A stretch of 64,000 nucleotides of DNA from an uncultured Planctomycetaceae bacterium. Lineage in GTDB: Bacteria > Planctomycetota > Planctomycetia > Planctomycetales > Planctomycetaceae. Of this stretch, positions 18,412 to 28,283 are shown one piece after another. Position 1 is the stretch's first letter. Each line of letters begins with the position of its first letter. The stretch is from contig CAWFGE010000012.1 in NCBI GenBank assembly GCA_963815195.1, forward strand, positions 576,001-640,000, read 5' to 3'. A program made the position numbers and the translations under genes. The notes beneath the pieces are model-generated. The model was not told the DNA's origin. It made no database searches and was given only the letters and a program-made list of their open reading frames with translations.

Positions 18412-19530
18412 TCATGCTGCGTGGGCCACGTCTTTCGCGGGAGGTTTTGCGTGCTTCCCTTGTGTTGCCGAGCGGATCATCACGTATTCCCCGACGTTTT
18501 CCATCGTAAGAACCCCTACAAGCTCGCCGTCGCCGAACACGGGCAGGGATTGCAGCCCCAAATGCCGCATCAATTCCAGCGCGTTCCGCAAGAGTTCGTT
18601 TTCGTCCGGGATGGTCTCGACGGGAGTGATGACCGAGTCGATTGGCGACTCGGCCCCGTCCCGGCGGATCGCTTCGACCAGGTCCTGCCGCCGCAAGATT
18701 CCGCGAAAACCCGACTCGTCCACCACCGGGAAATCGTGCTGCGCTCCGGCGAGCAATTCATCGACGGCTTTTTGCAGCGTATCGCCGGGAGCGAGCGTGC
18801 GAAAGCGGGTCATCATGGCGGATCGTACCGGCGCATCGCCCAGGACGTCGCGGAGTTCGACGGTCTGGCTCTCGGCTTCGGCCCCGATATACACGAACAA
18901 CGCGATAAACAGCAGCCAGAAATCATAAAACAGCCCCGCAATGCCGAAGAGAATCGCCATGAATTGCCCGATGCCCGCGGCGATCTGAGTGGCGCGGACA
19001 TAGGGCATCCGCGTGGCCAGGAGTGCCCGCAGGATCCGGCCGCCGTCCATCGGAAACGCCGGCAGCACGTTGAAGGCGACGAGCAGCACGTTCACCCACA
19101 TCAAATTCACCAGGAACGACTTGGTGAAGGAGAATTCGTTCCCGAATGCCCCCAAGCCCCGCTCGGCATAGACGAATAGAAACAGACCCAGCGCAATCAC
19201 CACATTCACCGCCGGCCCCGCCACCGCGATCCAAAACTCCTGCCAGGGTTGCGACGGGATCCGCTGCATGCGGGCCATTCCGCCGATGGGCAGGAGGGTG
19301 ATGTCTTCGGTTTCGACGCCGTACCGTCGGGCGGTGAGGGCGTGTCCCGTTTCGTGCAGAATGATGCACGCAAAAATCGCCAGCACAAAGACGACGCCCT
19401 CCACGGCCGCTTTAAGACCCCCGCCGGCCATCGAATAGCTCACCGCAACCCACGCCAGGAGCAGCAGAAACGTCCAGTGCATCCGAATGCGAATACCGGC
19501 GATGCGTCCGACGGTCCAAGACCATTTCAT
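18412..19530 (-). CDS. Site-2 protease (M50) with tandem CBS domains
   Basis: HETGH (HExxH), LLPIGG, AGPAVN, FNVLPAFPMDGGR, C-terminal CBS pair. Confidence 0.94.
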   Translation of the reverse strand: MKWSWTVGRIAGIRIRMHWTFLLLLAWVAVSYSMAGGGLKAAVEGVVFVLAIFACIILHETGHALTARRYGVETEDITLLPIGGMARMQRIPSQPWQEFWIAVAGPAVNVVIALGLFLFVYAERGLGAFGNEFSFTKSFLVNLMWVNVLLVAFNVLPAFPMDGGRILRALLATRMPYVRATQIAAGIGQFMAILFGIAGLFYDFWLLFIALFVYIGAEAESQTVELRDVLGDAPVRSAMMTRFRTLAPGDTLQKAVDELLAGAQHDFPVVDESGFRGILRRQDLVEAIRRDGAESPIDSVITPVETIPDENELLRNALELMRHLGLQSLPVFGDGELVGVLTMENVGEYVMIRSATQGKHAKPPAKDVAHAA

Positions 19531-19727
19531 GGGGTTCTCCTTTGGGTTGGGGATGCCGACTTGTTCAGGAAGGAAAGCAGCACGTTCCATGCCCGGGCAT
19601 TATCCGCAGTGCTCCCCGTGGTCATTGTACGATCGTCGCGCAATCTGGTGGGCCGGGAATCACCCATTTTAGACCAAAATGCCATTCCTGCGTTGTCAAC
19701 CAGGAAAGGTTCTTCGGACCGGACAGT

Positions 19728-19743
19728 CGGCACATAAGTTGCG
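19728..19743 (+). promoter_or_regulatory. Candidate sigma-54 promoter for the NarL-type regulator
   Basis: CGGCACATAAGTTGCG matches YGGCAC-N5-TTGC. Confidence 0.55.
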
Positions 19744-19883
19744 TGAAGGCCGAACAAGCATTCGTTCTTTCAATCTTTGTTTGACGTGTGACGCGGGGTT
19801 TCACAGGGGCAACCGAGGATTGTGGAAGCTTCAGGGGAGCCGGTTCCCCCCGCCCGATTGACTGAAAATACTTTCCCAAGGAG

Positions 19884-20588
19884 ATGAAAGAAATGGCAAT
19901 CACCACAAGCACCGAGAAAGCCACGGTTATGATCGTGGACGACCAGCCCATCGTGCGGCAGGGGTTTGCGATGCTGCTGGACATCCAGCCGGATCTCGAA
20001 ATGTGCAGCGAAGCGTCGGACCTGACCGAGGCCCTCCGGTGTTATCGGGAATTCCGGCCCGACCTCGTCGTGATCGACGTCTCCTTGAAAGAAGGAAACG
20101 GTTTGGAACTCACGAAAGACCTGGTGGCGATGGACCCCGGCTGCAAAATCCTGATGTGTTCCATCCACGACGAGACGCTTTACGCCGAGCGGGCGCTCAG
20201 GGCCGGCGCGAAAGGCTACGTCAGCAAAGACGCCGAGTCGCAAGTGCTGCTCGCGGCGATGCGGCGCGTCCTCGACGGGCAACTCTACCTGAGCAAGCGG
20301 ATGACCGACCGCATGCTGGTCCGGGTCGTCGGCGGGAACAAAGACGAATGGAAGATTTCTCCGATGGAATCGCTCTCGGACCGGGAACTGGAAGTCTTCG
20401 AGGAAATCGGGCACGGCTTCACCACCCGCCAGATCGCCCACAAGCTCAGCTTGTCTCCCAAGACGATCGAAACCTATCGCGAGAACCTCAAGCAGAAGCT
20501 CAACTTGCGAAACGCGACCGAACTCACGCAGCATGCCGTCAAATGGATGCTGGAAAACACCGAACGCGCGGGCGTGCAGTCCGCTTGA
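19884..20588 (+). CDS. NarL/LuxR-family response regulator
   Basis: IVDDQPIVRQG, VIDVSL, GAKGYVSK, LSDRELEVF..IG.G, LSPKTIETYR. Confidence 0.94.
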   Translation: MKEMAITTSTEKATVMIVDDQPIVRQGFAMLLDIQPDLEMCSEASDLTEALRCYREFRPDLVVIDVSLKEGNGLELTKDLVAMDPGCKILMCSIHDETLYAERALRAGAKGYVSKDAESQVLLAAMRRVLDGQLYLSKRMTDRMLVRVVGGNKDEWKISPMESLSDRELEVFEEIGHGFTTRQIAHKLSLSPKTIETYRENLKQKLNLRNATELTQHAVKWMLENTERAGVQSA

Positions 20589-20638
20589 ACGATTGACAGA
20601 CAGAGATTGTCCGCGGAATGGGAAATGGGAGTCCAACC

Positions 20639-20866
20639 ATGGGAATGAGAACGCTCGTTGCAACCGCTTGTTTTTCGCTGGATGTGGCCTCGTGGATCGG
20701 CCACCATGTCTTGGGAGGCGTATTCGCCCTGATCGCCAGCCTGGTCTCCTTATGTTATGTGGGACTCACGCATCCGGGCGTGCATTCGCTGGCCGACCGC
20801 TGGACCGGCTTCAGCTTGCCGGACGCGATGGAGTCCGAGCCGGAGGCGAACGAGGCCAACGCGTGA
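20639..20866 (+). CDS. Small hypothetical membrane protein
   Basis: Fills the gap between regulator and aconitase on the same strand; hydrophobic core and acidic tail. Confidence 0.45.
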   Translation: MGMRTLVATACFSLDVASWIGHHVLGGVFALIASLVSLCYVGLTHPGVHSLADRWTGFSLPDAMESEPEANEANA

Positions 20867-20887
20867 CGAAAGGGAGCACGACCGACG

Positions 20888-22847
20888 ATGGCGAAGTCGC
20901 TGACGCACAAGCTGATCGAGTCGCACCTTGTGGATGGAGAACTGGAGCCCGGCGAGGAAATCTCGCTCCGGATCGACCAGACCCTCACCCAGGATGCCAC
21001 GGGCACGCTCGTGATGCTCGAACTGGAAGCGATGGGATTGGACCGCGTCCATACAGAGGTCTCCGCCCAATACGTCGATCACAACTTGATTCAGGAAGAT
21101 TATAAGAACCCCGACGATCATCTCTTTTTGGAAAGTGCCTGCCGGCGGTATGGGATTTGGTATTCCCGCCCAGGAAACGGCGTAAGCCATCCGGTGCATC
21201 AGGAGCGGTTCGGGCGGCCGGGGAAGACCCTGTTGGGATCGGACAGCCACACGCCCGCCGCCGGGGCCTTGGGCATGCTGGCGATTGGAGCGGGGGGACT
21301 GGAAGTGGCGCTCGCGATGGCCGGGATGCCGTTCTCCGTCAAGATGCCCCGCGTGTGGGGCGTGCATTTGACGGGCGAACTGCCGGACTGGGTCAGCGCG
21401 AAGGATGTGGTCCTCGAGATGCTGCGCCGGCACGATGTGGACGGCGGCGTGGGGTATGTCTTCGAGTATTTCGGGCCGGGACTCGAACATCTCTCGGCGA
21501 TGGATCGGCACGTCATCGCCAACATGGGCACCGAACTCGGAGCGACGTCCACCGTATTTCCCGCCGACGACGAAATCGAGCGCTATCTCGCGGCTCAACA
21601 TCGCGGCGGCGATTACGAACCCTGGTTGGCGGACGACGGGTGCGACTATGATCGTCTGGAGGAGATCGATCTTTCCACCCTGGAGCCATTGATTGCCTTG
21701 CCTTCGAGTCCTGGAAATGTCGTGCCCGTGGCCGAGGTCGCGGGCCGCGAGATTTACCAGGCCTACATCGGTTCCTCCGCCAATCCGGGGTATCGCGACT
21801 TCGCCGTCGCCGCCCGGATTCTCCAAGGCCGGACCGCGGACGTTCGCGTTTCGCTCGATGTGAACCCCACGTCCCGGCAGTTGTTGATTCAGCTCATCCG
21901 CGACGGCCATTTGTCTTCGTTGATCGAATCCGGCGCGGATCCATCAAGCCGGCTGCAACGGCTGCATCGGCATGGGGCAGGCCCCCGCCACCGGCAAGTT
22001 TAGTGTGCGGACCGTGCCCCGCAACTTTCCGGGACGCTCGGGAACCCCGGACGACCAGGTGGCCCTCGTCAGCCCCGAAACGGCCGCCGCGTCCGCGCTC
22101 TCGGGAAAGATCACCGATCCCCGCACGCTGGAAATCGATTATCCCCAAATCGAAGAACCCGAACCGGCGGGCGATCAAAATGCGCTTATGGAGCCGCCGC
22201 TGCCCGAAGACCAGGCTCGAGATGTCGAGCTGCGAAAAGGCCCGAACATCGCCAGCTTGCCGGTGCTCGAGCCGCTTCCCGATGCGTGCGAATTGCCCGT
22301 GCTGCTCAAAGTTCACGACGACATTTCCACAGATGAGATCCTGCCCGCCGGGACGCGCGTGCTGCCTTATCGCAGCAACATCCCCAAAATCGCGGAGTTC
22401 GCCTTCGACATCGTCGATTCGAGCTACGCGGACCGGGCCAAACAATGCCAGGCGTCCAACGGCACGGGCCATGTCGTCGTGGGGGGCGAGAATTACGGCC
22501 AAGGCTCCAGCCGGGAACACGCGGCCTTGGCCCCCCGATATTTGGGTTTGCGGATCGTCTTGGCGAAAAGCTTCGCCCGCATCCATTGGCAAAACCTGAT
22601 CAACTTCGGCATTCTTCCGTTGACCTTCCAGCGCGGCGAAGACTACGATGTCCTCGAACCCGATGACGAGTTGTCCTTCGAGGGACTGCACAGACTCTCG
22701 CACGATCGAACCGAGATCGCCGTTCGCAACAAAACCCAGGGCCGCCAATTCACGGTCGCGCACACCCTGTCTCCCCGCCAAGTCGAGGTACTGCGGAAAG
22801 GCGGGCTTATCAATTGGGCGAGGGCCCATACGGCGGCCGCGAAATAA
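20888..22847 (+). CDS. Aconitate hydratase (short ~650-aa type; frameshift near 21935)
   Basis: TLTQDATGT, YVDHN, GSDSHT, IGSSAN, (GARIHQAG)CNGCIGMGQ across the frameshift, RNFPGRSG, ISTDEI, NYGQGSSREHA. Confidence 0.9.
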
Positions 22848-22914
22848 CCGCCGAACCGCCCTGAGGCAAAGACAGACCATCAAACCCGCCAATTGGCTCC
22901 CGCAGGATTCCCGC

Positions 22915-23289
22915 TTGGAAAAGGTCCCCTATTCCACATTGTTGCGCCGCGCCGCCGGATTGCGCTGCCCGCGGTGCGGCGGCGGGAAGCTCTTTCAGGG
23001 CTGGTTTCGCATGTACGAGCGCTGCCCCAACTGCAAGCTGAAGTACGAACGGGGCCCCGGCTACTTTCTCGGCTCGGCCTATTTGAACTACGGCCTCACC
23101 GCGGTGATTATCACGGCCAGCTATATCACGCTGCGGTTCGCCGCCGGCGTTCCCAGCCGGTATCTGCTTTGGGGCCTGGGCGCGTTTTGTGTGGTCTTCC
23201 CGCTGTTTTTCTTCCGCTACGCCCGCGCCTGGTGGCTGGCCCTGGATTGCCACTTCGACACCGAAGGCTTCGATCCCAAACACGATTGA
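22915..23289 (+). CDS. DUF983-like Zn-finger membrane protein
   Basis: RCPRCGGGKLF...CPNC..YERGPGYFLG followed by two hydrophobic helices; TTG start inferred. Confidence 0.75.
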   Translation: MEKVPYSTLLRRAAGLRCPRCGGGKLFQGWFRMYERCPNCKLKYERGPGYFLGSAYLNYGLTAVIITASYITLRFAAGVPSRYLLWGLGAFCVVFPLFFFRYARAWWLALDCHFDTEGFDPKHD

Positions 23290-23308
23290 TTCGAACCGGG
23301 CCCGCCCC

Positions 23309-24872
23309 GTGTCTGGCCGTTTTCTATGGCGCGAACTGGGTAGAGTGTGTAAAGTAGGCAATCCTGTCGTCCGCGATGTGCGGGGGCGAGTTGATTTCAC
23401 TTCCAGTGGAGGGATTGCGATGCAGGAACCCCGAGTTGCCAAAGAGGTTTATATTGAGTCGATGCGGTCGGAACTGGAGGGGTTGTTGGGCGAAGTGATG
23501 GAGGTCGTGAATGAGGCACCGGGCGGTCGCGTGATTGCCGACAGTGAGGAGGAGGTGCGGCAGTTGATGCACGAGTTTCGCCGCCGGGCTTACGAGCGGG
23601 CCGTGCAGATGCGAGCGGACTCAGCCGAGTCCGCTTTTCCCCCCTCCGGAGAACGAAGCGACGGGAACACCCATGCGCAACAAAGGTCGCCAGAAGCACA
23701 CCGTGATGACGGTCAACGGGCGGGTTAAGCTTCGCCGGATTCGCTGGCAACCAGCCGGCGGCGGCAGCGTGACGCCGCTGGATGAGTGGTTGGACGAAGC
23801 CTGCCAGCAGTTCACGCAAGGCGTCGTCGAATTGGCCTGCCGATTGAACCGTTGCGAAAGCAGTTTTCTGGAACTGTCCGTGACCCTGAAGCGTGCGGCG
23901 GGGCTTTCGATCGGCAAGGAAACGCTCCGGCAATTGATCGAAGCCGAAGGCCAAACGGTCTTGGAACAAACGCGTCGCAACGAACTGAGGCCCGACTGGG
24001 AGGCGTCGGATTGCCAAACCCCTGAGGGCGAAACTCGCGTGTATTTCGGTTGTGACGGCGTGAAGGTTCCCGTGATCACGGAGACGGAAAAGAAGCAGCG
24101 GCGGGCTCAGGTCGTCGAGAAACGGAAAGAACGCAAATCCGAGGGCCGCTCTCTCAATCCGTTGGAACGATTGAAGCCGGGCGCCGACGGCCCGTACAAG
24201 GAATTTCGTCTGGTGCAGTTTTATTCGGAAGACCAGGAAAACCGCTGGATCAGCGTCAGCCGGGGCGACCATGAAGTGGTCGGGCGGGTGATGCGCCGGG
24301 ACGCCTCGCGGATTCAGTTGGATCAGGCGGACGCTTCGATCGGGATTTATGACGGGGCCGTGTGGATCGATCGCCAAGCGGAGAAACAAGGCCTGCGGTT
24401 GACCGCCCGCGGACTCGACTTCTGGCATCTTCGGGATTATGCGCAAAAGACGCGGCGGTCGCTTTACGGAGACGACGAAGCCGGCAAAAGCTGGCTGGAC
24501 GAATTGATGCACACCTTCAAGCATGAAGGTTACGAAACGGCGTGGGATCAGCTGACGACCCAGCGGGCCCAACTGGAAAACGAAACGAAAAAGCAAGCCC
24601 TGGATGGACTCTTGCACTACATGGCCGAACGCAGCCATCTGATTAAATACCCCGAGTTCCGCGCGAACGGGTGGCAAATCGGCAGCGGTCCAACCGAAGC
24701 CCAATGCCGCACGACCACCAGCCGCATCAAAGGCAAAGGCCGCCGCTGGGATCCCGACAACGCCCTGGCCGTAATGGCCTTGGAAGCCCTCCACCAAAGC
24801 CACGCCTGGGACTCTCACTGGAACCTCAATTGACCAACCAACTTAACCCCGCCAGAATTTCCGGCCACACAC
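23309..24872 (+). mobile_element. Insertion sequence, ISKra4-like (1,564 bp)
   Basis: Imperfect terminal IRs GTGTCTGGCCG..TGGCG and (reverse complement) GTGTGTGGCCG..TGGCG; 9-bp direct repeat GCCCGCCCC at 23300-23308 and 24873-24881. Confidence 0.85.
23420..24833 (+). CDS. DDE transposase, ISKra4/UPF0236-like, in two frames joined at TTTTCCCCCC
   Basis: orfA MQEPRV..ESAF then +1 frame PPENEATGTPMRNKG; motifs FGCDG, YDGAVWI, LDFWH, IGSGPTEA, RIKGKGRRW. Confidence 0.85.
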
Positions 24873-24985
24873 GCCCGCCCCGGCGGCCCGCGCTTTCCTT
24901 TTCAGCCCGGCGGGACTGGGTTACATTGGGGGAACCTGATGTTACCGGAATTCCACCCAGCGGATTTGATGAAAAGGGGATCGGC

Positions 24986-26302
24986 ATGAGTTTCCAACGT
25001 CGCGATTTTTTGAAAAGCAGCATCGTCCTGGCGGCGGGCGGCGTGTGCCCCCGGTTCGCTTATTCGGCACTCGCCAACGGCAAACTGCGGACGGCCCACA
25101 TCGGCGTCGGCGGCATGGGCGCGGGGGACTTGGGGTCCGTCTCGTCGCATAAGCAGGTCGAAGTCGCAGCGCTCTGCGATGTGGATGCCAACCGCCTGGA
25201 GGAAGCCCGCAAGAAACATCCCGGCGCCAAAACCTTTGCCGACTTTCGCGAGATGTTCGATCGGATGGGTGATTCCCTCGATGCCGTCGTCGTCTCCACG
25301 CCCGACCACACCCACGCCCCCGCCGCGATGTCGGCCCTCAACTTAGGCAAGCCCGTCTATTGCCAAAAACCGTTGACCCACGAAGTCTTTGAAGCCCGCC
25401 AGCTTCGCCTCGCCGCCGAGAAAAAAGCCCTGCCCACGCAGATGGGGATTCAAGTGCATTCGAGTTCGACCTACCGCCGGGCCGTGGCGATGATTCAAAG
25501 CGGCGTCATCGGCAAAGTCAGCCAGGTGCATGCCTGGTCCGGAAAGAACTGGGGCTACGACGGCGGACCGTTCACAAAGACCGCCCAGCCGCCCGAATCT
25601 CTCTCCTGGAACCTCTGGCTCGGAACCGCCGAAGACCGGCCCTTCGTGCCCAAGGTGTATCATCCCGCGCAGTGGCGAAAGCTGATCGACTTCGGCACCG
25701 GCACGTTGGGCGACATGGGCGTGCATATTTTCGATACGCCCTACGCGGCCCTCGAACTCACCGCCCCCAAGTGGGCCAAAACCACCTGCCGAAAGCCCAC
25801 CGGCATCGGCCATCCGGAAAAGAACATCGTCCAATACGAGTTCCCCGGCACGAAACACACGACCCAATCGCTGATCTGGACCTGGTACGACGGGGGCTAT
25901 GCTCCGCCCAAAGGCGATGAAGTCGATCTGCCCGAAGGCCTCAAACTGCCGGGCCAGGGTTCGCTGTTTATCGGCGAAGGCGGGATGATGCTGCTCCCGC
26001 ACGTCGGCGAAGCCCGGCTCTTTCCCGAAGAGAAATTCAAAGACTACAAACGCCCCGAGGTCTCCAATAACAACCATTATCACCAATGGGTCGATGCCTG
26101 CCTCGGCAAAGGCGAAACCAGTGCGAGCTTCAGCTACGGCGGCCCCTTGACGGAAGCCCTTTTATTAGGCGTCGTCGCCAATCGCTTCCCCGAACAAAAA
26201 CTGATGTGGGACGCGGAGAAGCTGAAGGTCACGAACCTCCCGGAAGCCAACGCCCTCATCAAACGCCACTACCGCAAAGATTTCCAGGTGGCGGGCCTAT
26301 AA
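24986..26302 (+). CDS. Gfo/Idh/MocA oxidoreductase with Tat signal
   Basis: RRDFLK twin-arginine motif; IGVGGMG; STPDHTH; YCQKPLTH; GDMGVH. Confidence 0.93.
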   Translation: MSFQRRDFLKSSIVLAAGGVCPRFAYSALANGKLRTAHIGVGGMGAGDLGSVSSHKQVEVAALCDVDANRLEEARKKHPGAKTFADFREMFDRMGDSLDAVVVSTPDHTHAPAAMSALNLGKPVYCQKPLTHEVFEARQLRLAAEKKALPTQMGIQVHSSSTYRRAVAMIQSGVIGKVSQVHAWSGKNWGYDGGPFTKTAQPPESLSWNLWLGTAEDRPFVPKVYHPAQWRKLIDFGTGTLGDMGVHIFDTPYAALELTAPKWAKTTCRKPTGIGHPEKNIVQYEFPGTKHTTQSLIWTWYDGGYAPPKGDEVDLPEGLKLPGQGSLFIGEGGMMLLPHVGEARLFPEEKFKDYKRPEVSNNNHYHQWVDACLGKGETSASFSYGGPLTEALLLGVVANRFPEQKLMWDAEKLKVTNLPEANALIKRHYRKDFQVAGL

Positions 26303-26328
26303 GGAAAAAACGTCGCCCATACCTCCGA

Positions 26329-26441
26329 GGCTGTGATTTTTGCCATGCATTCGTAGCGGTGGCTTCCAGCCGCCGAAAATTAGGGGATTCATGCTCTCCA
26401 GTCGGCGGCTGGAAGCCACCGCTACGAAAAAAATCACAGCC
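26329..26441. repeat. Nested palindromic element containing a GTAG-type REP pair
   Basis: Outer GGCTGTGATTTTT/AAAAATCACAGCC; inner TCGTAGCGGTGGCTTCCAGCCGCCGA/TCGGCGGCTGGAAGCCACCGCTACGA. Confidence 0.8.
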
Positions 26442-26465
26442 GCTCCGCGGAGCAATCGGGTCACG

Positions 26466-27274
26466 CTATTTGAGCCCGAGCGTGGCCTTATGCTCGACTT
26501 CGCATTCGGGGAATTGTTTTTTGAATTCCAGCGCGGCTTTGTCGCTGACTTTGGTGTCAAGGAGCGACACGTACTTCAGCTTCTTCAATTGGGCAAGCTG
26601 CTTCAGGCCTTCATCCGTGATTGGCGTATGGGCCAACCCGATCATTTCCAGGTTTTTCATCTTGGCGATGTGCACGAGATGCTGATCTGTAATGGGATTG
26701 TGATAGAGAAACAATTTCTTAAGGTGTTTCAGTTTCACAAGATGCTCGAACCCGTCTCCGTTAATTTGGTTCTTCGTTAAACTGAGACTTTCAAGATTCG
26801 ACCAGCCCTCAAGCTGTGAAAGGCCCTTGTCGGTCAGGGCATTATCCCTCAATGTGAGGATTTCAATGTTTTTCAGTACGCCGAGACGTGCGAAGTGCTT
26901 ATCAGTAAGCCCGCATGATGTCATATAGATCGTGCGCAGACTGGAATCTCCACGATGGGGACTAAATCTTTGGGTTTGATCTTTGTTTCGATGAGGCTCA
27001 AATGCGTCGGGGGCGACTCAAGGTCTTCCTCTGAGTCGTTGCGAAAAATCTTAAACCCTAGCTTTCGCAATGTTTGAATGGCCTGCTCCCGGCGCTGGAC
27101 TTTATCCAACTCAATCTTTTCAATAGGCGGCTCGGCGGACTTTTGTTTCTTTTCGGAAAGATCGTCATCCGCTTTTGCATAAGGACTCAAACCAAACAAA
27201 ATGGCAAGTCCAATAGCCGCCATTAGTCCAAGGCATCCGTGAGGCGATATTCGGTCAAGTTTCAATCGAATCAT
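26466..27274 (-). CDS. Exported leucine-rich repeat protein (frameshift near 26940)
   Basis: ORFs 26921..27310 (signal-like N-terminus) and 26466..26924 (LxxLxLxxNxITDxGL repeats) join as ..EIP-LRTIYMTSCGLTD..; lower GC than flanks. Confidence 0.75.
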
Positions 27275-27370
27275 GACGGAACCTCGTAACTCATCGTGTT
27301 GGAGAGACAACCGAAGCGGGGGGAATAAATCGTACCCGCAGCTTGTTCGGTTGTCACTCCCTTTTGAAAG

Positions 27371-28258
27371 TTACTTGGCGGCCAAAACCTCTTTGATCGG
27401 TTTGCCCTCGGCGATGCGGAAGGGGCGGCCGATGTCGGAGAGGTTTTGTTTTCGCGGATCGATGCCCAGCGCCCCGCAGAGCGTCGCCAAGAGATCACCC
27501 ACGTCGGTTTGGCCGTCGGCGACGCTCATGCCGTCGGCGCTGGTGTTCCCATAAGCCTGGCCGCCATTGATGCCGCCGCCGGCGAGCACCGTGGTCCACG
27601 CGGCGGGGAAGTGATCGCGGCCGGCGTTCCCATTGATGCGGGGCGTGCGGCCGAACTCGCCCATCCAGAGAATCGTCGTGGATTCGAGCAGGCCCCGGTC
27701 TTTGAGATCCGAAAGCAGCGAACTCCAGCCGGCGTCCAGACTTTCCGAAAGGGCTTTGACCGTCTGAAAGTTTTGCTGGTGCGTGTCCCACAAAGCCGAG
27801 TCGCCCAGCGTGACTTCCACAAACGAAACGCCCTTCTCCACCAGTCGGCGGGCGAGCAAACAGCCCTGCCCGAACACGGTGGGGCCGTAACGCTCGCGGA
27901 CCTTTGCGGGTTCTTTCGAGAGGTCGAACGCCTGGGCTTCCTTGCCGTTCATCAGCCGCACGGACCGGTTCAAGGTCGTCGTGTGGGCTTCGGAGAGCGG
28001 GCTGCCGTTCTTCTTGTTGAAATCGTCTTGCACTTTGTCCAGAAGCTTCAATCGCTCTTCGGATTGCTTGGGGCCGACACCCGCCGCGGGCTTGAGGTTA
28101 TCGACGCCGAAGTCGGGGAAGTTGCCCGGTCCGGAGGGGCCCTGTTTGGCTTTCACGATAAGCGGCGCATACCTCGGTCCCAAAAACCCCGGCGAGCCGG
28201 CCTGCGGATTGAACATCGAAGTGACGTAGGGCCGGCTGGGCCGGCCGTTGTGCAGCAT
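27371..28258 (-). pseudogene. DUF1501-family protein, apparently 5-prime truncated
   Basis: PGFLGPRYAP, AFDL..EP..VRERYG, GCLLARRLVE.GV.FVEV, WDTH, WMGEFGRTP, GRDH; no room for the usual Tat signal and N-terminal third before the amidohydrolase stop at 28284. Confidence 0.65.
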
Positions 28259-28283
28259 ATTTGTCAACGGGGCCAATGCCAAG

